NCBI GenBank assembly: GCA_030264375.1
Contig: JASCQW010000081.1
Span: 56,936,784-57,000,783, forward strand
Length of the DNA: 64,000 nucleotides
Origin: Carcharhinus longimanus
Taxonomy: Eukaryota
Direction of reading: 5' to 3'
The notes below the pieces were generated by a model. It searched no databases. It was not told the DNA's origin and saw nothing but the letters and a program-made list of their open reading frames with translations. Shown here in pieces: positions 50,387 to 63,853 of the stretch. Numbering within the stretch: the first letter of the stretch is position 1; every line of letters begins with the position of its first letter. A program made the translations under genes and the position numbers.

Positions 50387-51599
50387 AGATGTCCAAACTG
50401 GAAGTTCTGAGGTGATTGCACAAGTTGATTAGTTGAGACACCTAACAATTACATCAACACAAGCATGTATTCAAACACAGAGACAATATTTTTAATAATT
50501 TAGTTGGAATCTTTCAATCCTATTAGATCCCCTAATCATAATCACAGATTCAATTCATAGCCTGTGATTAATCCTTGTAGCCTTTTTTCCAAAGTTATCA
50601 AACAATATTTTAAATTAAAATTACCCCCATTTGTGTGTCAGTGAATGAACTCCAGCAAACAGAAAAAAAATCTTCACTCCTCAGTAATGAGTCATTGTCG
50701 TTACTTAAGGAAAAACACAAAATCTCAGCTTTCATTATTCACTAATAGTTCTCTCCACACTTGACACTATTCACTAACAGCTCCCATCACACGTGTTGTT
50801 CTTTTCACTAGCAGCTGTCACTGCACACATTTTCTCTCTATTCACAAAACAGTTCTCATTACATATACTGCTCTCTTTTCCCTTAGACTCCAAGCTGCAC
50901 ATGAGATGTGGGTTCTTCGTCTGCAGGTGGATTATTTCTACTGGAAACGGAATTGATCTTCACCTTCACTTTGGATACTGAATACTAGTTGGTCCATAAA
51001 CAGGAGAAACTGTTTAAATCTGGAAGGTATGGGAGGGTGCAGGGGAAGTATAGGGAAAAACAACAAACTTACATTTATCTTTCACATCCCCAGGACATCC
51101 TAAATGCTTTGCAGAAAATTCATTACTTTTGAAGTGTAAATATGGCAGTTAATTTGTGCAGTGAAATCCCACAAAAACAAATTATAATTTAACCAAGACA
51201 CAGAACTCATGTTTTAAATAACAGATGCAAAATGATCAACATCCCTTGAACAGGCACTCAACATCTCATTTAAAGTCCTCTGATGACACAGTCTGTTGTT
51301 AGGAGACATGGGTAGAAAAGGGTTAATTGGCATGTAATGATCAGCTAAAGTTGTACTACACAATTTCACACGTTTACTTTCTCTACTGAAAGGCTAAAAT
51401 AAGCCTCCCAAGTAAGATAACACCTACATGATTACTGGTTGGCACTAGCTTAATTAGAACAGTTGGGTGACCTTGGAAAAGGGAGATAACAAGTGGAAAG
51501 CAAAATCTTTGAAATGTTTGAGAAATAGTAATCTTTGCCCACGTCAATCAATAGAAATGATGTAGGTTTACCTATCGGTATATGTTGTAATTTAGAGAT

Positions 51600-52910
51600 G
51601 CAAACAGTTCCCCCTCCTCAGCTTTTGTTCCTCTATCTCTCAAAATTAGACAACACCACCCTTCAATAAAAACCATTGCCCTCCCATCCTTACAAACTAC
51701 TGCCCTATCTTTTCCTAAGTCCTTGAATGTGTTGCCACTTCCCAAATTCATGCCCATCTTTCCATGTCTCCAATCAGTTACTGCAGTACTAAAATAATTG
51801 TTTTTAAAAAAAACACAAATTACATGACTATGCCAAGCAAACTAACCCTATTTGGCATCCTTAACTTAAGGGTTACTGAAACCCTTACCCATGCAAGTAT
51901 TTGATGCAGCTAACCATACCATTTCCCCAGGTAGATAGCTCACTTGGTTCCATTTTTATTTATTCATTGTATCCAGAAAATTTCCAATGACTCCTCTTCC
52001 CAACCTTGCATTGTTACCTNNNNNTTCCCACCCCACAAGAAGCTATTCTTATCCCCTTCCTTTCTCACATCTACCTGCTGTTCCTGTGACAAAAATCAAA
52101 AAACATATCAGTTTCCACAAATATGCTGATGGTGCCCAGCTCTATCTCATTACCAACTCTATCAATCCCTCCATTATCTCTAAATTGTCAAACTGTTCAT
52201 GTGACATCCAATACTAATGGGCAAAAATTCCTTCCAATTAAATGCTGGGATGACTGAAGTCATTACCTATGGCTTCTGCCACAAAAGGCACTTCCTGGCC
52301 ACAGACTATTCTTCTCTCTAACCTAACCAGACTGTTCATAACCACAGTACCATATTTGAACCTAGATGAGCTTTCAACCAAATAGTCACTAAGAACCTCG
52401 ATTTCCACCTCTGCCCTTCTGTTACTGAAACCCTTACCCATGCACACACTGCCACCAGATTTGGCTATTTTAATCCAACCCAGAGACTGTAAAGTGTATT
52501 AAAGGTTTCCCCCCTCCTCTTCCCCCAAAAGATCTTTGTTTTGGGTTCTTGCGCCATGGCAAGAACCCAAAGCAAGACATGGGCATGTCTCCAAATTAAG
52601 ATGTGTATTTAAGTTAGTGTCACAAGTAGACTTACGTTAACACTGCAATGAAGTTACTGTGAAAATAAAGGTACATTTTAAAAATAACCATTTTGTAACG
52701 TTCAAACATAACAGCACGGTTTCAGCTGTCTAGGTGCTAAGCTCTTGAATTAGTTCACTAAAAACTAATCCCACTCACTTTCCTTCTTCAAGACGCTCCT
52801 CAAAATCTATCGCTCTGGTCAATATTTTGGTCAACTGCTCTAATATCTCGTGTAGTGCATTTTGTTTTACAATTACTGAGAAATGCCTTGGGATATTTTA
52901 TTTGTTAAAG
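51600..52910 (+). mobile_element. Degraded L2 LINE fragment
   Basis: ORF 51987..52217 contains SFHKYADGAQLY (L2 RT YADDTQLY motif); L2-type tail gaaatgccttgggatattt. Confidence 0.65.
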
Positions 52911-53899
52911 GTTAAAAAGTACAATTCTTGTGTCAAATCTCCATAACCATCCATTATAAGTGCATACATAAATATTATTTCATGTACTATATAATGAATG
53001 AATCTGTAAATTAACTTAAAGTTTCAAGAAACTATGTGTTCTGATAAATGGATATAATAGCTGATCATAAATAAATCGATCATCTCTATCAGTGTTGTTC
53101 TGAAGAGCACAAATCTAGAGTGACAAGTCAGAGAAAGGAGATTGCTATCTGGCCTGGTCAATCTCAGAACATCCGTACAAGTGCAAATATCAGGCCGTGC
53201 CCAGCCAGATCAGTCAAAACCTAGGTCGCTATAACTGAATATTTCAAGCCATTTTAGCCATCGTGTTCTTATTTGAAAGTGTGCTCATTCTAGCAGCAGA
53301 TGCTACCACACATGGTTATCTGTATATAACTCAGTCCAATGGTTTATGACGACCGTTAAATCAAAGTTTTATTGCAAGGTATTTCGGGAATGTCTTAAGC
53401 AGTGACCTGTAGGTGACATGATTCGATGAAACAATTCCGTTTAATTTTCGGTGGGAAAACGTAGGTTTCCTGCTGCGAACAGGCCCGACAGAAATTAAAA
53501 GGTTAGATTTACTTTAGCAGCCCAAAGACATTCTGTTTAGTTTGAGTGTCTTCAAACATCAGAAGTAACACCGTAGCAAATAGTAATAGTGGAATTCGTA
53601 CAAAGCTGTCAAACTCCGAACTTGAGAAATTGAGTGAGTTCCAAGTGACTCGAAAAGGGAGTCAAAATAGTGAACGACTACAAATTAAACTAAAGTTATT
53701 TTAGTCACAGGTGAAAAAGGNNNNNNNNNNNNNNNNNNNNNNNNNNNNNNNNNNNNNNNNNNNNNNNNNNNNNNNNNNNNNNNNNNNNNNNNNNNNNNNN
53801 NNNNNNNNNNNNNNNNNNNNTATAATACACACACGATTCATCTTCAATACAATCTGACTCATATTTCAATTACAAGCTGTTTCCTCTAACTTGGTGTCG

Positions 53900-54900
53900 G
53901 TACTCCCGGTGTGGGCCCTGCTGGAGACACTTTCATGCCGCCTCGGAGCGGGGCCCTGGGGCCAGAAGCGAAAATAAGTCCCGGACACTTAATGGGGAGG
54001 AAGAGGAGGAGCAACCGCAGCAAACCCCGTGTAGCATAACTGCGGCTTTACCCGAGGCAAAGGCCGGGACTGACAATGCAGGAAACGGGGGGGGTGGAAT
54101 GATGCGGCTTGTGGCCTGGGTTCTTCCGTCCGTTCCCCCCCTCTTACTCCCGCCGTCACTGAGTCCACAACAAGAAGCTGCAACATTGTAATCCAGCAGC
54201 GAATACAGAGACACCGAGTGATGGCAACATTGTCTCGCCAACATTCTAACCCTGGGTTAACATTCTAACCTTCCCGCCGCCGCTACAATGTGGTACCCAC
54301 TCAGAGAGGCCGCAGCGGAGTTTGCTGTGATTCCCACCCTCCAGTCCTCAACCGCTGTCCCAATCACACAGGATGCAATTCAGCTTCCCCCTTACCCGCT
54401 CTTCCTCGGGCTCCCAGCTCGCTTCCTCACCAGGCCATGGCCTCCCAGGCTGAGACTCGATGACAGATTCCCGGTCCCACCTCAAGCCAGCCGGAGTCGC
54501 GTATTGAGTGACAGTCGCGGCAGCCACTCAGGGGCGGGGGGCTGGACGTTGACGCTGAGTGACAGCACCCTATAGCCAATCGGAAACGATAACCCGGCCC
54601 TGGCTGCCCGCCAGCTATGGTAGATTGACCAACGGGAAGCGAGCGAGGGCGGGCCTTGGCACCAGAGCTGTCACTCATCCGTCGCACTCATGATGACTCG
54701 GCATCAATTGAAAGATTGTTTTGTCAGAGTAAAAGCTCCTTTGGGATCCTGCGGCTGGTGGAGTTGTTGAGGGACCTTTACTTTATTAACTGTCGTGCGC
54801 TTAACCTAGGTTATTGCAATTTGAACAGAGGGTGACACGTCAGCAAGTTGCTGTTTAGGTCGGCTGAGTCAGGCAATGAGTTGCAAAGCACGGGAGTTCT
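53900..54900 (-). promoter_or_regulatory. KEAP1: KEAP1 CpG-island promoter and probable first exon
   Basis: Only CpG island upstream of exon 2; GC box 54531-54540, CCAAT 54576-54580, AREs at 54693-54703 and 54863-54871; candidate donors after 54431 (CTG|gtgagg), 54396 (CGG|gtaagg) and 54052 (CGG|gtaaag). Confidence 0.7.
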
Positions 54901-56107
54901 GTGACAGGCATTTAGTGACAGACAGCATTCATCACAGTTGACAAACTAGTTTGTCTGGATTTTTACGAACTCAACTTTTAAATATTTACTTACCACACCT
55001 TCACGTACACATACAACAACATGATAGTATAAAGTTCCTTAACTGCTCAGACTTAATAAATATTACTTCAGTTTCATTTCGGCTTCCGTTACTGTATCCA
55101 ATTAAATGAACTAGGGCGGGGCTGTTGTTAGTCTGACAATTTATTTGTGGATTCTGAAAATTAAGTGAAGTTACGAGCCACTTGCATATCCATTGCCCTC
55201 ATATTAGNNNNNNNATAAAAGGTGAATGGATTTGTATTCTTAAAATCAAATTTATGCAGTTTATCAAATGTTATTTGATAATACAGGTTGCTGTGAAGCG
55301 CCTTGGGCATTTGACAATATTTAATCCTTTAGATGATCGCAAGTTGATGTTACAGGAATTACTGCTCAAAAGTTAGAGAGGAGGAAATGCAAATACAGGT
55401 AAGCAGCCAACCAACTCCCCCTCACAGACAAGCACTAGTCTTATTACTACAACTAAAAAACAAATGCTGCTCCTCCTGTAGAGACTTGACTAGAGAAGAA
55501 TGTCAAACAGGGAGCGAGGTAAAGGGAAGCTGAAAGTTTAGTGAGAGAAAAGCTTTAGAGAACATAAATGATTTTGGATAAGATTTCTAGGAGGTAAAGG
55601 ACTAAGGGTCAAAAGTTTGGCATGAAAATGAAACATGCGATCAAAAGTTGGAGGAATACATGCAATCAGCTAGAATGGAATATATGGCAAACAAAGGTTA
55701 CCGAAATAAGGTGTGATGAGGTCATGAAGGAACTTGAATATGATTTGTTGGAGTTGATAGGATGAAGGCAATCAATGTCAGGAATTGGTGCACAAGGGAA
55801 CTTAGGCCACAAATTTTTTAAGGGAGTGAAACACAGAAAACCAATAGGCTATTTATCACCTTGGTCTAACTCCATATGGCCTCCTTCGCCCAAATCCCTT
55901 AGCTAACAAAAATCTAACAATTTTTACTTAACATTTAATCTAGCATAAATTGCTGTTTACAGAAGTAAACTCCAGACTTCTCCCACCCTTTTGCAGAATG
56001 AAATGTTGCCTAATTTCATTCCTGAAAGGTCTGCCTCTAATATTTTGACTTTTCCTTCCAGGCCTCGAGTCCTCAACCAGCAGAAGCAGTTTTTTGAGTA
56101 TTGCTGT

Positions 56108-57045
56108 AAAAAGAAACATGCAGTCAAAGCTTTTCATCTTGTACTGATCAGGACATATTCACAAGAACACCAAATCTCAAAGGAAACAACAATTTATATT
56201 GCATGAGAAAAAGATGCAGGTTGGTTGGCAAGTGATCTCTGATTGCCATGGACAGTCCACCAAGGAATACTTAACAGCCAAGCTCTTATTTAAATTCAAA
56301 CTAGGCAAATTGACACTTGATTGTGATTAATGTATTATTGAGGCAAATGAATCAGGAAATGACTGTGCTCCAAGCTTTTGTTTCATTGGAAAAGGCACAA
56401 CATGTACATATGTTCTTTCTGAACATGTTTGCAAAGACCAGGGCTGCGTGTGTGAATATATGTAGCTTCTAGCATGCAGAAGAGAGACACACTGCAAGCC
56501 CAACTGATAATCTTAATTTGGTTGTTAGTGTAATTCTTAGCACAATCAGGGTTGTTTAATAGGTGTTGACCAATCACAGAATCACTGCTAATGTTGCACG
56601 CTATATGCTAAGTTTTGCAAGTATGAACTGGTTGAATACGGTGAGAACTTTGTCTGTTGTGAACCATCAAAGGAACATGCTGTTTGATATGATCCACCAG
56701 TAAGTGGGGCAAAAGCCCTCCATACCTGGTATTACATTGGCATTGAAATTCATTTACCACATAACTCATTTGTGTGGTAAGCAGAACATCTTTTTGGCTC
56801 GACAGCAGCACCTGGTAGTGAACAATACCATTTTTGTTTCTTCTGCAGTGTGAAAAATGTAGCTTAATCTGTTGCTGATATTTTTGAGATGCTTTACTCA
56901 TCCAGGGTAATCTGTGGTGGATTGGGCATATTTCAGGACTGAAAGTGGCAGTCTAAGGCTCATTCATCAATATAAAGTATTTTTGTGAATATGCCCTGAC
57001 GAGTGCAGGACAAAAAGCTTGAGAATATGTTTCTTTTTTCAACAA
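56108..57045 (-). mobile_element. Penelope-like (Poseidon-type) element remnant with GIY-YIG endonuclease fragments and inverted pLTR
   Basis: ORFs 56608..56901 (KDVL..SYVVNEFQCQCNTRYGG..IKQH) and 56383..56577 (IGQHLLNNPDC..LEATYIH..LCK..QKE); degenerate hammerhead motifs at ~56125-56152 (-) and ~56995-57020 (+). Confidence 0.75.
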
Positions 57046-58687
57046 TATGCAAGCTCCAAATAGTTTCTTCTTATCCCTTCCCATAATATCTTGAAAACCT
57101 GGATAAAATGAGGCCGTAACCTTCTAAATTCAGGGAATATGACCCTAGATTGTTTAACCTCTTCTTGTAGTTTAGCTATTGGAGTCCAGTTATCAGATTA
57201 TTAAATCTGTAATTGCTCTAAGATCAATATATCCTTCCAAAGATTTGGTATGGTGTTAGAGTAAGAAAACTGGACAGAAAACATTTCAGTTGTGAGTGTT
57301 GAGGTAATGAACGTATGTGTAATAGATGAGTGATGTAGTGACTCCCTTGGGAAAAATTAGTTTGATGAGAGCTGGAAGGACATTGGGATATGGTGTCTCA
57401 GTTAGGAAGATTAGAGTCAGGGGTGGATCTGGTCAAGCTGATGTTTTCAATTCTGGAGACAAATATGTTCATAATCTATTCCAATGTCTCTTCAGAAGAG
57501 AGAGTGGAGGAAGTGGGAGAGGGAAATCAGAAATGATGAATATTGGCAAAACTGCAATAAGTCAAACATTAATGAGTTTCAGCTGAAGTCAGGGACAGTG
57601 TTATCAGACCAGATTTTCACAACCGTGGAGGCTGACGACCTTTGAAAATGCCGGACAAGACTAGATGTAGAAGCCCTGCCCCATTTCCGATAGATCCCAC
57701 TATTGCCAAGGGACAGAGGGGAGTAAAGATAGGACATGACTCCCACATCAATGATGAGTTCAAATGGACCCCATTTTCACTGGAGCAAGGGCGTTATCCT
57801 GAATTGTGGGATATCTTGAGAGGTTGTAAATGCTCTAGGAAGATGGATAAGTTCTGTCAGGTTGTCAAGTTATTTAAATGCATAGCACTGTAATTTTGCA
57901 AAGACTGCCTGCCTGTGCCTGTGATAGTTGAAGTACTTTTTTTCTAATAGTTTCAATAGCTGTTTGTTAAATTACCCTAAGTACTATCATTATAGTATTA
58001 TTAATATTTAGCTGCTTTCCGCAGCGTATCTTTTTCACAGTGGTGGGGGGAGGGGTTATGTATTGTCTGTTCACCTTTTGATTGACAGGTCAAAGGTGTT
58101 ATGAAAGGATTAACTGTCTTTGATGTGGGTTATGAATACAAATATTGGTTTCTATAAGGAAACCGGGCCTCCCTTTAATCTTTAACAGACACATCATCCA
58201 AGCTTGTTGTCAGACAGACCTCAGAACATGTCATAAGACCACCTATATTTTACCTTAAAGTAAAGGCATGAGGTGGAATTTTCCCATCTGCCGTAGGAAT
58301 TGTAGTGGGCGGGGGTGGACCATGCAAAGGTTCATTGACCTTGGGCGATATTTTCTGGTCTTGAGGTGAGTGCAGCTGAAAAAATCTTGCCCAGCGTCCC
58401 AAAACTTAACAATCCTATTGATCTTATTTTTCTAACAACTCTCTAAGACATAAAAGTCATCACCTTAGTGGTCAGTTTTCAAAAACACTAACCAAAATAT
58501 AACAATTTATAACATTATACACATTCTTGTAACTAACTTACTAGACAATATACAAGTAATATTCTCCCTCATGTTATCACATTTGCCTTTGCAGCATGTA
58601 ATAGTTAAGAGTTCAACTCCACTTTTTATCAACATTTGAAGTTCTTTCGCTCCTATGGAGAACATGTTTCACTGTTTAGAATAGGCA

Positions 58688-58983
58688 TTATAGAAATACA
58701 GTACAGAAAGAGGCCATTTGGCCCATCAAGACTGTACTGACCACAATCCCACCCAGGCTCCCACACATTTAACCTGCTAATTCCCCTGACACTAGGCTCA
58801 ATTTAGCATGGTCAATCAACTTAACCTGCACATTTTTGAACTGTGGGAGGAAACTGGAGCACCTGGAGGAAACCCACACAGACACGGGGAGAACGTGCAA
58901 ACTCCACACAGTCAGTTATCCAAGGCTGATATCGAACCTGAGTCCCAGGCGCTGTGAGGCAGCAGTGCTAACCACTGTGCCAC
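58688..58983 (-). mobile_element. HE1-type V-SINE
   Basis: Reverse complement of head, core and tail. Confidence 0.85.
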
Positions 58984-60829
58984 TGTTCTTGACTTCACCT
59001 TCTACTGTGTGTCATAATAAATCTCCTTCTTCCTGTTGATTAAATTTCACAGCATTTCCATTTCCTAGGTTAAAAGATTTTCCCATTGATTCAGTTTGGT
59101 TAACTTTGTCAAATCTGTTACTTGGAACCGATCAGTATGATTGTTGAACTCCATTTGTTGTAAGCTGCAAATTGAGACAACTCCCTCTTCAACTAGCTCC
59201 TCTTCTCATTTGGCTTCAGTGTTTTTCTTTAGGATCTGACTATGGACCAATTGTTCTAGGTGCTAACATTTGATCTCCATTCTCTATCTTGGTTGTAAAT
59301 TCTTAATTGTCCAGGTTAGGAAAGGACATTCCAGCCAGCCAAAATGCTGAACCACTCATCTATTTAAATGCAAGATTTCAATTCTCCTTCATTTAGGAAT
59401 ATCGTTAAAGTAACAACAATCATCAGTGAAAAAATTTTGATATTCATTTTCTTTTAGGCAATTCTCAGATTGCTTTAAATCCTTTCCATTGATGAGCATG
59501 ATTTTTGCTCAATTCCTCTTTCACAGCAACTGCTTTATCCTTCTGAAGTTTGAATTTACACTCCAAAATTTTAATATGTCCTTGTAATTCCCCAGTATCA
59601 ACATTAGTTAGAGCCAAATTGTTTTGTTGTCTTTTAGATGCAGTATTCTGCGTTGACAACTGAGACTTAGGATCAGACAGTGTGAATTCATTTTCAGTGG
59701 CTGTAAATTCTTTGTTTGTCAGTCTGAGGCTTTGGTATCTTTTCAATCAAAAATCTGAGCTTTTGATTCTTTGGGCATCCCCCGCGTTAAACATCAGATT
59801 CCAAGACAAGTATATGTTCTTCCAAGTTCACTGATCTGGCTGATACATTAGTATTTTTACTCACTCTAATTTCTTGGAAATATCTAAAGGTTGGGCATGG
59901 TCTTTAGTAGAACGTTTCTCAAGAGAAGTTCAACATTACTTGTCAGCAATTTGCATACCACTACTATAATAACAGACTCACTGACTAAAACAATTTAAAA
60001 TCTCTCTACACAATGGAACAGGGAAACAAATTCTATCAATCCTCTGTATCAAAACATTTTTATTCAGTGAAATTTCTGGAAAGAAGTTTAAACCTTTTGC
60101 TAATATTGGGGATCATGCTGACGCTGGGATTGCAAAGAATAACCATCTTTCTGGTCCCTTTATCAGACACAACTGGAGTTACTTTACCCTCAATATAAAA
60201 GTCTCAATCGTTTATGTTCTAATTTAAACCCATGAGAAATGTGTTAGATGGTAATCGGTTTGTTACAAGCTTCATTCACTGCTAAAGCATTTCTTGGAAC
60301 AGCACTAGACTCTCCTACCAATGCCACGAGCTTAGCTTTCAAGTTCTAGCAAACTGCATTCTCATGCTCTATCTAATGGCAAAAGTAAAATATTGATGTC
60401 CTCAAATCTTACCTATCTTCTACACAGGCCTTTATACTACTCTAAAAAGCATCTATCTTTTCGTTTCTGTTATCCCCCTCATGGAACTTAGTGTCTTGTT
60501 CACTAAAAGGTTTATTAGCTCTCCAGTTTATCTCTGGGTTTGTAAAGATTTACTACCAGCTATGTTTTCGAGAGATATTTGTAATCATCAGTCAATTTGT
60601 AATCATCAGTCAGAACATTCTTGCAAATGGTCATGATCTTTGTGAGATGAAATGCTTCAATAAAAAAAATCTCTTTTTTCAGCAATATTGAAGCTCTGTA
60701 CTACCAAACAACTAACTAAGAGCATCTGAAATTTTGGTGCTATTTCAGAACATTGACAAAAGTTTTTGAAAATTGTAAGTTATGTTTCTTTGGGGCCTCA
60801 TGTAATACCATCACATTGTCATATAATTG

Positions 60830-61115
60830 AACAACTAGGGGTTACTGTTTAAAAATAAAAGCTTGCCCATTTAAAACAAAGATGAGGCAATTTTTCCTTA
60901 ACTTAAGAGGATTGAGAGTCTTTGGAACTTTCTTCCTGAAAATGTTGTGGAAGTAGACTTTGAATATGTTAAAGGCTGAGGTGGATAGATGTTTGGTAAG
61001 CAAGTGGGTGACAGGTTACTGAGGGTAGACAGGAATTTGGGTTTGAGGTTACCACAAGCTGCTTAAATGGCAGAGCAGACTCAAGCGGCAAAATGACCTG
61101 CTCCGTATTCATATG
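60830..61115 (+). mobile_element. CR1 LINE 3' fragment
   Basis: aactaggggg..tttaaaaataa..ccatttaaaaca..gatgagg...ttaaaggctgaggtggatagat...tgacctgctccgtattcatatg. Confidence 0.65.
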
Positions 61116-63104
61116 TTTATCCAAAAGGTAAATGATTGATACGAGAGACTGAGAACTGATGAAATTGGAAACTCCCCCAACTGTTATATCATACAATATC
61201 TCTGGGTCTCCAAGTTAGCATACATTAATATCAAATAATTTCTTTCCCCTTGAGCAGGGAATTATGATATAATTAAATTTGAAGTTCAGGTTGAAGAGGG
61301 TGAGGCGGAAACCTTTTGTAATGAGGTTAGATGGTATTTCATACCTATCTTGATTGTCAAACAGCTTGCATCTGATATGAAACTGCAAGCTCATTTTGCA
61401 TTAACATAAAAAAAATTACGTCAGTTGCAATAAATTTCTAAGTGTAGACAATCAACAGCATCACAGTGAATAGTTACTACTTCTTGAAGCCAAAGATTCT
61501 TTCTAGACAGACTTGAGTTTGGACTTACACCCTTCCAGACAAAGATGAGGTATCCCAGCTTTCTTCCATTAATACTGTAGGTGCTTTCATTTATTAGATG
61601 GATTTCACAATACTTTCAAAGCTAGGTCAGCCGCTCTTCTGCTTATCATTCTAAGAACGATAAAGCAAGAGGAAATACTTGCAATTCTGCAGCCAGACAA
61701 TTCAATCATAGAATCCCTGCAGTGCAGAAAAAGGCTATTCAGCCCATTGATTGTACAAAAGCTGAAACAAAAAAAAGGAAAGAGAAAAGATTGGGGAAAA
61801 TGGATGAGATTGAAGGAGGGAAAATATTAATGGCATGTGGTTATTAGTAACAGTCCATATCATTGTTACAGCTTTTACTGACATTAATGTTTTTGCAATG
61901 AAGCAGTGACTCAGTCATACAGCTTGCAATTGAAGAATCACAAAGGATTTACTAATTTTTCTAGTATTTTAGAATTTTCATTTAAAACAGTATTCCTCTG
62001 TTTAAGGAATGTGTGATGTCATGTATGTTTCTTCAGAAGGAACTCTTCAAATGCAGACAATAAAAATACAACAAAACTTACTCCAACTTATATATCAAAG
62101 AAAGGGTTTAATAAAGAAACTCCATTACTCCAAACTTGGGGTCTCACCCTGAGACACTCAAAGCTCCCCACAATTCCCAACAGGTTCTTATTTATAGTAA
62201 GTCAGCTGGTCAGCTAACCATCACATCATTCAGTAATTGGTTCCATGGTTTACTGGATCAGCTGACCCTTACAGCTTGTTACCATTGGTCACATTACAAC
62301 CAATAAAAGTTGTCACCGGTTACATTCTAACAATGCAGAAGAACTTGCCATGTTGTTTAATTTAGGGATGATTTAAAAAATAAATTGGGGGGTGTAATTG
62401 CATAGATAATGTAGAAATAATATAAATATCAACAAAGTGAATAAAGTCGTCTGTGCCTCTTGATCTATGAAGGAAATCTTTCTGTTAGGTAATTATAAAT
62501 AATCTGGATAGTTATCTGTTTTGCTCTAATGTGCAGTATTCATATAAATTCTGAGTAAATAAACCATAGGTAACTGACTATAACCATTATATGTTTTATA
62601 GTCAAGTCAATTCAGGAAGCAGTGACTGTTTCATTTGTACTTTTACACAAGTAATTAAACCCTACCTTTTGGTATTTTAAATTTTAAATATAAAATACTA
62701 AATTTAAAATAGATTGTAAATAGCTAAGGCCCCAGAACTGATCCTTGTGGCACTCCATTAGTCACAGCTTGCTATCTTCAAAACGCCCCATTTATGCCTA
62801 CACTTTGCTTCCTGTCCATTAGCCAATCCTCTATTGATGATAATATATTACTCCCAAATCCATGCACCCTTATCTTGTCTGATAAACTTTTTTATGACAC
62901 CTTATCAAATACCTTTTGGAAATCCAGGTATATTACATCTATTCATTTCCCCTAAAACCTTCTAATAAACTTCTTGAATACAATTTTCTTTTCTTAAAAC
63001 CATTTTGGCTTTGTCTGGCCATATTATGATTTTCTAAGTGGCTTGTTAAAATTTCCTAAATAAAAGATTCCAGCATTTTCCTGATCACTGACTGATGTTA
63101 TGGT

Positions 63105-63468
63105 ACATTTTTTTAATTCATTCGTGGGACATGGGCATTGCTGGCTGGCCAGCATTTGTTGCCCTTCTCTAGTTGCCTTTGGAGGGCAGTTGAGAGTCAA
63201 CACATTACTGTGGGTCTGGACTCACATGTAGGCCAAACCAGGTAAGGATGGCAGATTTCCTTCCCTAAAGGGCATTAGTGATCCAGATAGATTTTTCCCG
63301 ACAATCAACAATGGTTCATGATCATCAATAGATTCTTAATTCCAGATGTTTTTTATTGAATTCAAGTTCCACCATCTGCCGTGGTGGGATTCGAACCCAG
63401 GTCCCCAGAACATTAGCTGAGTTTCTGGATTAATAGTCAAGCAATAATACCACTAGGCCATGCCTCCC
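63105..63468 (-). mobile_element. tRNA-derived SINE
   Basis: Minus strand gggaggcatggcctagtggt (A box) ... gggttcgaatcccacc (B box). Confidence 0.75.
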
Positions 63469-63627
63469 TCATGCCTGGTCTGTTCTTCCCTGTTTATGGT
63501 CTCACTCTTTTCTTGAATAGCAATGTAACATTTGCTAATTTCCAAATTGCTGGGACTGTTCCAGAAACTAGAGAATTTTGCAAAATAATAGCCAGCACAT
63601 CTACTATCTTTTGCAGTGAACTCATTT

Positions 63628-63853
63628 ACATCATGGAACCCTACAGTGCAGAAACAGGCCCTTTGAGTCTGCNNNNNNNNNNNNNNNNNNNNNNNNNNNN
63701 NNNNNNNNNNNNNNNNNNNNNNNNNNNNNNNNNNNNNNNNNNNNNNNNNNNNNNNNNNNNNNNNNNNNNNNNACAGACAGTGACCTGAGCTGGGAATCAA
63801 ACCCAGGACCCTGGAGCTGTGAAGCAGCAGTGCTAACCACTGTGCTACCGTGC
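63628..63853 (-). mobile_element. HE1-type V-SINE (partly in N gap)
   Basis: gcacggtagcacagtggttagcactgctgcttcacagc head on the minus strand. Confidence 0.8.

Noticed and set aside
59465-59746. Coiled-coil-like 93-aa ORF
   Set aside because: No splice context or recognisable domain; probably a decayed retroelement gag/ORF1 that I cannot classify.
62015-62332. Possible solo LTR (TG...CA ends, reverse TATA)
   Set aside because: No target-site duplication or second copy found.
34610-63853. tRNA-like A/B boxes at many positions
   Set aside because: All are SINE heads, not tRNA genes. No CRISPR array or rRNA was seen in the window.
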